A stretch of DNA of 36,910 bases, taken from positions 1 to 36,910 of the IMG/VR virus record IMGVR_UViG_3300032373_000056, one strand, 5' to 3'. This document shows, one piece after another, positions 26,630-35,070 of this stretch. A program made the translations under genes and the position numbers. The notes under the pieces are model-generated. The model was not told where the DNA came from and did not search any database. It saw only the letters and a program-made list of their open reading frames with translations. The stretch comes from a virus. Lineage: Duplodnaviria > Caudoviricetes. The first letter of the stretch is position 1. Each line of letters begins with the position of its first letter.

Positions 26630-27833
26630 AATTGTTCTCCTGTAAATGTAATGTTTTGGTCGGTATAGAAAAATGATACAACGTCCCTGAAAAGATTTTA
26701 GACTTAGCCGTTCCAGAGTGTCCAGTTGTTCCATCAGGTTTCATGTTTAAATAGCCTCGCTGTGAAAGCAAGCTAAACTCTACCCCACATTTCTTGCATG
26801 TATCTTTGATTCTATTTAAACCATTACCTCGTCTAGAGCCTCTAGTATAAGCCTTTCCAATTTTCGTGCCAAGTACTTTGAATGCAGCCTCGCTTTTTTG
26901 AGAGGCTCTCAAGGCTCCACTTATATTTTCGTCCAATGCAGCTTTTATATAATCACCATCAGTAGCATTTTGGCCAACTGCTTCTTCTAATTGAGCCTGT
27001 TGAGGTCCTGTCTTTAGCGAGTGTTTTATACCTATTCCATTGTCAGCAATGCACAGTGATATAATGCCTGTTCTTGGGTGGTACTGAGTTAGTGTCCACC
27101 AACCACTGTCTCCGCTACTAATTCCATGTTCAGATACGTTGTTAAATACTTCCACTAAAACTACTGAATTAAACTCTTCCATTTGGTCCGGATCTAAACC
27201 GCTATAGCGTTCAATTATTTCATAAATTTCATCTTCTCGAATTCCAATTTCGGATGTGTTATTTTCTCGAGTGATTTTTACTGTACTGTCATCACTAAAC
27301 AAACTAGGGTCGAAATCATCATGATCCATCCTGACGTATTCACAAAATCCACTATGTACTAAGTATGCATTTACCTCATCTGAATAAGAGTCAGTCGAGC
27401 CTAAACTAGGTACATGGTGAGGGTGCGCTGTAATATCCGTCCACTGCTTTAAAGAGCATAGCAAAGTTATTGCTGAAGGCCATAACCTCTCACAGTTTTT
27501 CAGATCGAAAGTAATCCACTTAGATCGACTGTTCACAAATGTAGAGGCGAGTTCTACAAATTTGCCGAAATCATGTTCAATGCCAAGTTGTTCCTTAATC
27601 ACAACATCTTGCTTTGGGCGGTCATATTTTAAAGGCTTATAAAAGCGCTTTTTAAATTCACCTCGGTTTTTTACAAGCGAAAGATAAGGGCTTTCGATAG
27701 GGCAAAACGGTCTGGAATGCTTTTTTTTGTACTCAGCCGCTCTCTTATAACCTGCTTGTCTACTTTGCCATCTGAACTCTCGATGTTGCTTTTTCGCAAA
27801 ATACTCAATCTTTTTTGATGATATTTTCTTCAT
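26616..27833 (-). CDS. STAS-like domain plus GHKL/HATPase_c (anti-sigma kinase-like) ATP-binding protein
   Basis: N box EVFNNVSEHG, G1 IADNGIGI, G2 RRGNGL, C-terminal FSGT; N-terminal ITFDLKNCERLWPSAITLL...YLVHSGF is STAS-like. Confidence 0.82.
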   Translation of the reverse strand: MKKISSKKIEYFAKKQHREFRWQSRQAGYKRAAEYKKKHSRPFCPIESPYLSLVKNRGEFKKRFYKPLKYDRPKQDVVIKEQLGIEHDFGKFVELASTFVNSRSKWITFDLKNCERLWPSAITLLCSLKQWTDITAHPHHVPSLGSTDSYSDEVNAYLVHSGFCEYVRMDHDDFDPSLFSDDSTVKITRENNTSEIGIREDEIYEIIERYSGLDPDQMEEFNSVVLVEVFNNVSEHGISSGDSGWWTLTQYHPRTGIISLCIADNGIGIKHSLKTGPQQAQLEEAVGQNATDGDYIKAALDENISGALRASQKSEAAFKVLGTKIGKAYTRGSRRGNGLNRIKDTCKKCGVEFSLLSQRGYLNMKPDGTTGHSGTAKSKIFSGTLYHFSIPTKTLHLQENNYASP

Positions 27834-27861
27834 TTAAAGGTCTTGCTAGAACAATGATGTA

Positions 27862-27890
27862 ATTTTAACCATTTGTAACGAATACGACAA
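27862..27890 (-). promoter_or_regulatory. Sigma70-type promoter of the cargo operon (TTGTCG-N17-TAAAAT)
   Basis: Near-consensus hexamers with a 17 bp spacer, 28 bp upstream of ATG 27833. Confidence 0.6.
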
Positions 27891-28372
27891 TATTGTTGTG
27901 CATTTAACTACATTTAACGTCATAAACCAATATATACTTGTTGGTCCGCATGTCGGCAGAAAGCGAGTTAAATTTCTTCTCTAACGGGTAGAGAATGCAT
28001 AAATGTCTGGCCGGGGTTTTTGTAGGGTAATGAAATAGGGCGGCTTTGAAGTTGTCTTGAAAACAGTTGCACTTAAATAGCTTGTTTAACAAGGATCATT
28101 TTAAGGACTTATTCCTATCGTGTATTAATATATCTCGTTAAATCTCTATATAAATTACCTACTGTTGCAAAAGACCATGCTACTGCACTTATTGTTGATA
28201 AATTTATTTACTCACTAGATAAAGGAGAGCTACCTAATCAAAAAAATCACTATGATAATTGTTTTGAGCGTGTAACGGTTTAATTTTAAATAAGAAATAA
28301 TTCGCATTTCAAGCTATGGATTGCAAGGCTAGTATCACAAGTTTTCAAGACAGATGATTAATAAGGACGGCC

Positions 28373-29164
28373 ATGAAAGGAATAGTATTGTCAATTGTTA
28401 TGTTACTGGGGTTTTCCGTTGAGAGTGACGAATTGGGAAATAATCAACAGAATTCGTTGCTGCATAGCCCTGTTGTGGTGAGCGCGAAAGGAGTGCCAAC
28501 GTCACAAGGAAGAATTTCTGTAGTTGGTAAAACTAATTTGCCAGATAAAACTAAGTTGTTAATAAGTTTGATTAACGAAGTCACTGGATTTCAAGCGCAA
28601 GATAAAACATCTGTGATAAATGGGGAATATTCAACAGTTCCGATTGGTCCAAAGAAAGGATTGAATGCAGGCAAATATTTAATTGAAGTAGTTATGCTGA
28701 TTCCGGCAACACAACCGGAGAGTGTCCGTAAAATTATTGGTGATAAAGGGCAGCACTTAAAAGGTTCATTGGTCAAGAAGTCTTCGTGGGGAGGCGTGAG
28801 TGTTGAGTATTCTACTTTTCATGTCATAGGTTTACAGAAAAGTATAAGCCAAAATGAAAGTGTACATATCACAGCTATTTCTGATATTCGGCGTAAAATT
28901 GAAAGCTTAGTAAAAACCGGTTACTCAATGGATAACCTTAGAGTATCAAGCAATCTATCAGATGCTAGAAAGTGCGGCGTGTTAATGCGAAAAAATCAGG
29001 AAGAGGTAAAGCAGATTCAATCTAAATTGAAACACTTATCTTTAAAGTACATGCATCTAAAAGTAGCAGCCAATGAGGTCTACTCTTGTGTCTCTTGTTC
29101 AGGTAGGGCTTTAAATGCATGTGTTCGTGTTGATGATTTGCTTGGTCAAGCACTTGCTCATTGA
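28373..29164 (+). CDS. Exported hypothetical protein (moron), 263 aa
   Basis: Signal-peptide-like start (MKGIVLSIVMLLGFS), AAGGA RBS, own terminator, four Cys in the C-terminal helical part. Confidence 0.8.
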   Translation: MKGIVLSIVMLLGFSVESDELGNNQQNSLLHSPVVVSAKGVPTSQGRISVVGKTNLPDKTKLLISLINEVTGFQAQDKTSVINGEYSTVPIGPKKGLNAGKYLIEVVMLIPATQPESVRKIIGDKGQHLKGSLVKKSSWGGVSVEYSTFHVIGLQKSISQNESVHITAISDIRRKIESLVKTGYSMDNLRVSSNLSDARKCGVLMRKNQEEVKQIQSKLKHLSLKYMHLKVAANEVYSCVSCSGRALNACVRVDDLLGQALAH

Positions 29165-29171
29165 GCAATGC

Positions 29172-29204
29172 AAAAGGGTTGCTAAGATGGCAGCCCTTTT
29201 TTTT
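29172..29204 (+). terminator. Rho-independent terminator (possibly bidirectional)
   Basis: AAAAGGGTTGCT-AAGAT-GGCAGCCCTTTTTTTT, 7 bp after the stop, between convergent genes. Confidence 0.85.
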
Positions 29205-29246
29205 GCCTTGAGAAACCCGGAAGGCGTGGCTTGTTGATTATTAATC

Positions 29247-29543
29247 CTAATGGCTTCTTACAACAGACTTAGAATCAATATATAAACAATGCGGTGAATC
29301 GTCTATCCGAATATCAGGATAATATCCATGGTTGTGTGCAAATTTCCGCTTTGCCTTTCGGCCAGTAAAAATAATCTCTTTAACTTTTCCGGCTAGAGCG
29401 CGTTTAATTTCTGCCCCTTCTTTTTTGTATCTCATCGTGACGCAAATCACCGTGTAACCTTTGTAGGTTGCGGAATCAATGAATAAATCCCAAAATGATG
29501 GGTCTAATGAATAGGTTCCGTCAAAGTCTATTGCTATTAACAT
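29247..29543 (-). CDS. Minimal HAD-superfamily phosphatase-like protein
   Basis: Motif I IAIDFDGT, motif II VT.R, Lys in RKAK, motif IV IDD. Confidence 0.8.
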   Translation of the reverse strand: MLIAIDFDGTYSLDPSFWDLFIDSATYKGYTVICVTMRYKKEGAEIKRALAGKVKEIIFTGRKAKRKFAHNHGYYPDIRIDDSPHCLYIDSKSVVRSH

Positions 29544-29548
29544 GTCGG

Positions 29549-29932
29549 TTATTCTCCTATTATGTTCTTACATAGATTTATTGAATGTTCGTGAATCTCT
29601 TTAGGATCAATCCCCAAAAAATCTACTTGATGATTAGCCCCACCACAATCACATTCCCCCGTTTTAATCGCTTCGCCATCAATCAACACATTGGAAGCAT
29701 CAACCAAATAAGAAATATTTTTATCATTAGAAATAAGTTGATAAGGATCTGTAGTACTTTTGCTGTTCACGTTGAATACAAAAGTGTTATTTTCCTCATC
29801 AGTTAAAAAGGCGTTTGCTGTATCGTAGGGGATATTGCATCGTTCGGAAATCATCCTTCTTAAAGTTGTCCCCATAATTTCATCATCAACTTCAATATTC
29901 ACAACTGCTGTGTGTTTGGCTGCTATCATCAT
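29549..29932 (-). CDS. Hypothetical early protein (127 aa)
   Basis: In the early operon with a GGGGAG RBS; no family recognised. Confidence 0.7.
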   Translation of the reverse strand: MMIAAKHTAVVNIEVDDEIMGTTLRRMISERCNIPYDTANAFLTDEENNTFVFNVNSKSTTDPYQLISNDKNISYLVDASNVLIDGEAIKTGECDCGGANHQVDFLGIDPKEIHEHSINLCKNIIGE

Positions 29933-29946
29933 GTCAATCTCTCCCC

Positions 29947-30963
29947 TTATGCAATTGCTTCCGGTTGGTAATTGGTCAAACTGTAACGGCGACCTTCTTT
30001 TAATAATGATTCTTCATTGATCAGTTCATCAAAAATCGTCTTCACGACTTTATGCTGAACACTTTCCGATTCCATTACTCGACGAACAACAGGTTGTTCA
30101 CCGTAAACGCCGGTCAATAATTTTTGTTTTATCTGTTGGTGTTTGCTGGGTGGTTGTTTGCTTGTTGGTTTGTGAATCGTTCTAATTGTTTTAATGTCTA
30201 ATTCTCGTTTATCCACAAACGTTTCTTTGTTGTTATTCGTTTTATCCTTTGTTGTGCTTTTCGTTGTAAGCTCTCGTGTTGTTTTAGTGTGCATACTCAG
30301 GAATGAAAGCGAGATAATCGCTGATACATCAACCAACACTGCTAGGCTAGTAAAAAAGGTGAGTTGTAATTTGTCTGCATCCATGTCGAGCTGTTTAGCA
30401 ATGGAGCCGGTGAGGGCATTCATTTCGCCTTGTGTTGCCTTCTCTGGGATGGACATCTCTTTTACTAATGCTGTGCGTTGTGTTTCGAGTTCATCCAGCT
30501 TATTTAATCCCTTGTAACCTCGGTCACGGAAACCATTGTCACTATCGGTTTTGATTAATAGGTGATATTGATCAACTTGTTTATTTAAACTATCGAGCTG
30601 TTGTAAGTTGGTTTGATAACGAATCGTCGATTGTTGAGCCTCGGTTTGCTGTTGTTGATTGGCGTTTTGAACAAAGCCAATGGTTGCAGAAACGGAAACA
30701 ATCAGCAGAATAAAACCAATAGAACCTAGCGTTATGCTCCAACCATGTTGTTCTCGTTTCCACATAATCAGGGCCAACGGTAAGAAGGCAAACTTACAAA
30801 TCTCTAACGCGATTGCTGTAGCGCCTGCCAGCCACTTTCCAAATATTTCAGTAGGTACCGAGATCCAAAGCAGTACAGAAGCAATGATTGAAATTCCACA
30901 AAGTAGAAAAGCAGCAACAGCTAACGGCTTTTGATACGATGAAAAAGTGAGTTGAAGATTCAT
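29947..30963 (-). CDS. Multi-pass membrane protein with coiled coil and a possible C-terminal winged-helix domain
   Basis: Three N-terminal TM segments, Q-rich coiled coil, fourth TM, K/T-rich linker, compact basic C-terminal domain; ATGA overlap with the upstream ORF. Confidence 0.8.
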   Translation of the reverse strand: MNLQLTFSSYQKPLAVAAFLLCGISIIASVLLWISVPTEIFGKWLAGATAIALEICKFAFLPLALIMWKREQHGWSITLGSIGFILLIVSVSATIGFVQNANQQQQTEAQQSTIRYQTNLQQLDSLNKQVDQYHLLIKTDSDNGFRDRGYKGLNKLDELETQRTALVKEMSIPEKATQGEMNALTGSIAKQLDMDADKLQLTFFTSLAVLVDVSAIISLSFLSMHTKTTRELTTKSTTKDKTNNNKETFVDKRELDIKTIRTIHKPTSKQPPSKHQQIKQKLLTGVYGEQPVVRRVMESESVQHKVVKTIFDELINEESLLKEGRRYSLTNYQPEAIA

Positions 30964-31232
30964 TTCAATAAGTCCTTAATTTCTGTTTCAGATAGTGTGA
31001 ATTCAGCATTAAAAGTTTTCATAAGTTCATCAAGTAACGGATCAGGGTTTTGCATAAGCTTCGCTGTTTCCGGCTCTTTCTCTTTTATCGCAGACCATAT
31101 TTTTTGCCTTTTCTTTTCTGGTAGATGCTTCAAAACAAAGTAGCGTTCTGAAATTGGTTTTCGTTCCACAGGGTCAACCATTGGTACCGCGTGTGGATCA
31201 TAAGGTGGTATGTAGTACTGTGCTTTGCCCAT
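30960..31232 (-). CDS. Hypothetical early protein (90 aa)
   Basis: GAGG RBS; coupled to the next gene. Confidence 0.75.
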   Translation of the reverse strand: MGKAQYYIPPYDPHAVPMVDPVERKPISERYFVLKHLPEKKRQKIWSAIKEKEPETAKLMQNPDPLLDELMKTFNAEFTLSETEIKDLLK

Positions 31233-31265
31233 CTCTCAAACCTCTGCTGTAAAACTTAATTTCAC

Positions 31266-31590
31266 TGGGGGGGTGCGGAGCCTCATTACTTCATTACTTT
31301 TGTTTTTTTGATCCTTAAAATCCAATAAAAACAAAGAGTTAAAAAGGGTGAAAAGTAATGTTTAGTTCATTACCTCGCATTACCTGCATTACCTATATTT
31401 GTAAGTGTTTGTTTGTGTTGGCATTAAATATTCAATAAGTAATGTTGTTTGTTTTTTGTACTTCATTACAAGTAATGGAAAATAATGAAAAAGTAATGAA
31501 GTTATAGATTCTGTATATTGTTGATTAATAAGGTGTTTATAGGGCTTTTGGGGTAAAAGTAATGAAGTAATGGAGTTCCGCACCCCCTCA
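31266..31590. repeat. Iteron-like array inside a 36 bp inverted repeat; probable replication origin
   Basis: 12 perfect CATTAC/GTAATG hexamers in both orientations; flanks 31266-31301 and 31555-31590 match 32/36 as inverted repeats; directly downstream of the primase-helicase. Confidence 0.75.
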
Positions 31591-31622
31591 CAACTTTTGA
31601 AATTATTCGTATATGCGCGCAT

Positions 31623-34301
31623 TTAACGTACTCCCAGATTTTCTTTACGCTCAAAACACCAGCACCATATTTTTTTACCCAAGATGGCTGAATCAATGGT
31701 TTTCTGTTTTATAAGCTTGTGACGTTGTGAGTTAGGAAGGTGCTGTTTGAGCTTATCAACGGATATCATTTCGACTCTGTGAGAAGAGCAAATTTGATTA
31801 AATTGCTTTAAGTTGATAGCAATCACATTCTCTTTTTTCGAATGGTTGAGTATTTCAACGTCTCGCCCGGAATAGCCCCCGTTTGCTTTATCGTGTTGCA
31901 AATTAAGTAGCTCGTAGGTATCCCAAAATTCAACACAAACCTCATGCTCTGCTTTTACTTTTCGCTCTCTTGCTATTGCTCTATCTTTTAAATAGTCGAC
32001 AACCTCGGTTAATCGATCTTTATCTAAGGTAGGGAAAAACAGTTGAAGCGCTCTACAAGCGGCCATCGTTTTGGAATGCGTTTCAAAGATTCGATCAGTT
32101 TTAATCGTGGGTGCTTTCTTCTCAATCCAGCTTTTATATTTAGGTATGTATTGATCAAAGATTGCTAAAAACTGCTTTTCGTTTTTTAGGCAATGCGGTA
32201 AATAGCCTGATAGTTTTTCGATAGGATAATTGCTTAACGCTTTTGCAATTTCTTGACTCTCTTTTTTATGGTGTGTGGTGTCCATGTAAACATGGACGAT
32301 TCTTGTCATTATGGCCTCTGAAGCTTCAATGCTTTTATTCTGGCTAATAACAAGAGAACCCAAAAAGATTAAATCTTTTGTTTCTGAACCGTTATTTTTA
32401 ACACCTGTTAAGCGAAGTATTCCCCCGTTGTAGAGTGTTTTGAATTCATCCCAATCAAACGCACCCCGTTTCCCTTTGCTGTTGCCGTCATCTTCATCAC
32501 GTTCTGATTCAATGAGCACAACAGGCAAACCTGATGTTTGAGATAACGCACGCGCACGGCCTACATCCGATGTTTTACTTGGATCAAAGCCTTCATGAAT
32601 TCGGCCAAACAGTTTCCATAAAAATTTCAAAATTCCGGTTTTACCTGCACCGGGTGCGCCTGTGATTTCCAAGAAGGGGAAGTTCTCGTGTTTTCCGCGT
32701 ATTTGGTTAGCAAATAAGGAAGCTGTCCAGTAAGCGAGGATTGCAACACCTTTAACACCAAATACAGTGTAAAAATCTTCAAACCATTCAGTGTTAAACT
32801 CTTCACCATCAACTATTTCAAAACTTTTAAAATTGGTTTTAACTCTTAATTTGTTGAGTTGAAAATAACCGTGCTCGTTGAGTTCGAGTTTTCGCCCGTT
32901 TTTATAAGCAAAACTATGGAACACATAACAATCGTTAATGTTGTCGTAACCGATATAAGGCAAACCGATAACTTTTGGTGCTTTAGGGTTAAACCATCTC
33001 TCTTTTAAGATTCGCATATCAGTTGCTGAACCGTCGAAGGTTGCACACGCGGCTTTAGCAAGTAGGCCATCGCTAAGGTTGGAGGCTGATTTTAATGAAG
33101 GGGCTTCAAAGCTAACAATCTCGGAATCGTCACCATTAGCAAAGGTAACTTTGAAGTAGTAATCTAATACGTTGGTTAACTGGTCTTTCTCAACAAAAAG
33201 GAATTCAGGTAAACAATTGCTCACAGGGTAAATATTACTGTGTTTATAAAACTTATCTTTCCCTACATTTGAGTTTAGTTTTTCGTCTCCAAGGTCTTCA
33301 TATAATTTTGCAACATCAACCTTTACAGAATAAAAACGGTTCTCAAATTCAATGACGTTGTTTCCAACTTTTCTTTTTGCGTAAAATATAAAGGCTTTTT
33401 CTTTGTAATCTTCTGCGGTGAACATACGCCCTTGAAAATGCGCTTCATCCATAAACCGTTTTGTTATCTTCTTGAGTCTGTATAGGTCGTCCCAATCGCG
33501 GCCAGTATCACCCGTTAAAAGCACCTCACATTTTTCACCAAGTTTTTCTAAGGTCGCTTTATGCTTGAGCATGTTTTCACGCCCGGCCTTATCATCATCT
33601 AAACCTAGCTTCCAAGTGATGCCTCTATTCAAATAGGGCTTTATTGCATCGCTTGGGAAAGTCCCCGCGCTAAGTGTTGCCGCTACGTTGTAATCGACGT
33701 GAAAAAGCCCAATAGCGTGAAAGATTGCTTCTACTAAATAAACATCGCTTTTATCTTTTACTACCTGTGTAGGTGGAACCCACCAATCACCACGGTATAA
33801 ACTGCCATCGGCTTTACGTTTTCCACCAAAGTTAAAACGTTGCCCATTCGATTTTTGCTTGTCGATGAGTCGTTCCCACCAACGTGTTTTCTCTTTATCA
33901 AGATAAAAACGAACAGTACAAACCCATTCATCAGATTCAGGTAGTTTGTAAGCACCTTGCTCAAACCAATCAACAACCATACTAAGTTTGAAGCCCCTAT
34001 TCGAAGCCATATAAGCTTTAGCCGTTGCGTTTGGGTCTGCTTCAGTTTTAGGAAAGCGTTCTGCAAAGTTGTTAAAAAGATGGGGGTATAAATCCCGTGT
34101 GCTTTCTGTGTAGCCGCATTTGTTTTGTCTACTGCACTTAACAATATAAGGCTTATCTTTTGCGATAAAGGTCTCTTTCCCCCCGCAATTAGGACAGATT
34201 CCTTTTTTTAAATACTTACTCTCATTTTTGAATTTAAAATTCAAATCATTAATGAGTTCTTGAACTATCTCAGTTTCGTTGCTGTATTGTGCTAAGGCCA
34301 T
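31623..34301 (-). CDS. Zinc-finger / TOPRIM primase-helicase replication protein (892 aa)
   Basis: CPNCG...C.R.NKC Zn finger; LVEAIF.A, LD.D.AG and DWDD TOPRIM motifs; Walker A GAPGAGKT; LPVVLIE Walker B-like motif. Confidence 0.9.
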   Translation of the reverse strand: MALAQYSNETEIVQELINDLNFKFKNESKYLKKGICPNCGGKETFIAKDKPYIVKCSRQNKCGYTESTRDLYPHLFNNFAERFPKTEADPNATAKAYMASNRGFKLSMVVDWFEQGAYKLPESDEWVCTVRFYLDKEKTRWWERLIDKQKSNGQRFNFGGKRKADGSLYRGDWWVPPTQVVKDKSDVYLVEAIFHAIGLFHVDYNVAATLSAGTFPSDAIKPYLNRGITWKLGLDDDKAGRENMLKHKATLEKLGEKCEVLLTGDTGRDWDDLYRLKKITKRFMDEAHFQGRMFTAEDYKEKAFIFYAKRKVGNNVIEFENRFYSVKVDVAKLYEDLGDEKLNSNVGKDKFYKHSNIYPVSNCLPEFLFVEKDQLTNVLDYYFKVTFANGDDSEIVSFEAPSLKSASNLSDGLLAKAACATFDGSATDMRILKERWFNPKAPKVIGLPYIGYDNINDCYVFHSFAYKNGRKLELNEHGYFQLNKLRVKTNFKSFEIVDGEEFNTEWFEDFYTVFGVKGVAILAYWTASLFANQIRGKHENFPFLEITGAPGAGKTGILKFLWKLFGRIHEGFDPSKTSDVGRARALSQTSGLPVVLIESERDEDDGNSKGKRGAFDWDEFKTLYNGGILRLTGVKNNGSETKDLIFLGSLVISQNKSIEASEAIMTRIVHVYMDTTHHKKESQEIAKALSNYPIEKLSGYLPHCLKNEKQFLAIFDQYIPKYKSWIEKKAPTIKTDRIFETHSKTMAACRALQLFFPTLDKDRLTEVVDYLKDRAIARERKVKAEHEVCVEFWDTYELLNLQHDKANGGYSGRDVEILNHSKKENVIAINLKQFNQICSSHRVEMISVDKLKQHLPNSQRHKLIKQKTIDSAILGKKIWCWCFERKENLGVR

Positions 34302-34328
34302 GATTCCCTCAATCCTTACCTAAGAGTT

Positions 34329-34556
34329 TTATTTCAATGCATCCCAAATGTTGTAAACAGCATCGCGCATGTTTAAAGCGTCTTCTCGGTTGTCACTTAA
34401 TTGAGAGAATGTTTTTAAACTAGAGCGATCGCACAGCAGGCTAAGTGCTGCCAAATCAATATTCGAGATCTCAACAACTCTTAATATTTTTCTATTTGGT
34501 TGGTTGAGTAGTTGAGTTCGCACAGCTAATCGAATGTCTGTGCTTGTGGTGATCAT
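34329..34556 (-). CDS. Small early phage protein (75 aa), function unknown
   Basis: Homologue of 64-291. Confidence 0.8.
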   Translation of the reverse strand: MITTSTDIRLAVRTQLLNQPNRKILRVVEISNIDLAALSLLCDRSSLKTFSQLSDNREDALNMRDAVYNIWDALK

Positions 34557-34801
34557 TTTGGAATCGCATTGGTTGCGGCTTGAGCTAGATCTTTTTCACT
34601 TTCTGCCTGGTTGTGCTCTTTCATCCATTGATTAACAACACTAGCGAGATAGCGCTTCTTTCCGAAAACAAAAATATGAGCTGGTCCTTCGCCGTTTTCA
34701 CAGTGCTTGGCGAAGGTTTGGCGGCTAACACCGAGTCGCTTAGCAACAACGGAGGGCATCAAAACTTCGTCTTCTTCTGAGATGTTGAATGGTTCGGTCA
34801 T
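34553..34801 (-). CDS. Cox/excisionase-like HTH protein of element B
   Basis: VAKRLGVSRQTF..H...G.GP...FGKKRYLASVV..W; diverged homologue of 288-539. Confidence 0.8.
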   Translation of the reverse strand: MTEPFNISEEDEVLMPSVVAKRLGVSRQTFAKHCENGEGPAHIFVFGKKRYLASVVNQWMKEHNQAESEKDLAQAATNAIPK

Positions 34802-34904
34802 TTACTTTTCTCCAGTCAGTAAAATATGATTAAATCGGTTGTATGTGATCTACTTCACCCTCATTTCGTTAATTTATAAGTGATAATAGACAATGAACAC
34901 TTAA

Positions 34905-34933
34905 ATTATGGTGTATCGATAGGGTGAAGTCAA
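34905..34933 (-). promoter_or_regulatory. Early lytic promoter of element B (TTGACT-N17-CATAAT)
   Basis: Near-consensus sigma70 promoter, conserved in position with element A; overlapped by one arm of the ACTTCACCCT / AGGGTGAAGT inverted pair (34852-34861, 34921-34930). Confidence 0.75.
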
Positions 34934-35070
34934 TTGGAAATAAGTGAAAAGAAGTAAAAATCGGTAAATAATAATCGCGACGGTTAAATGAAGGTGATAT
35001 TTGCTAGGGGTAGATAGGTTTGCTGGTAGAAATTAAGCGGTTTGATGGAAAATAATTGATGAGGAATATG

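Noticed and set aside
26616-27833. Classical two-component sensor histidine kinase
   Set aside because: No TM sensor, no evident HisKA domain and no response regulator; the partner is a STAS protein.
27904-28092. 62 aa ORF or pseudogene remnant in the divergent promoter region
   Set aside because: TTG start, no convincing RBS and no recognisable similarity; cannot be supported.
29223-29230. P2/186-type cos site (GGCGTGGC)
   Set aside because: Only the first 8 of 19 bases match the 186-type cos and the GGGGAAAGCA part is absent. Position is plausible but evidence is insufficient.
31266-31696. CRISPR array, or coding ORFs 31389-31622 and 31502-31696
   Set aside because: Repeats are hexamers in mixed orientation at irregular spacing; the ORFs are low-complexity translations of the repeat region.
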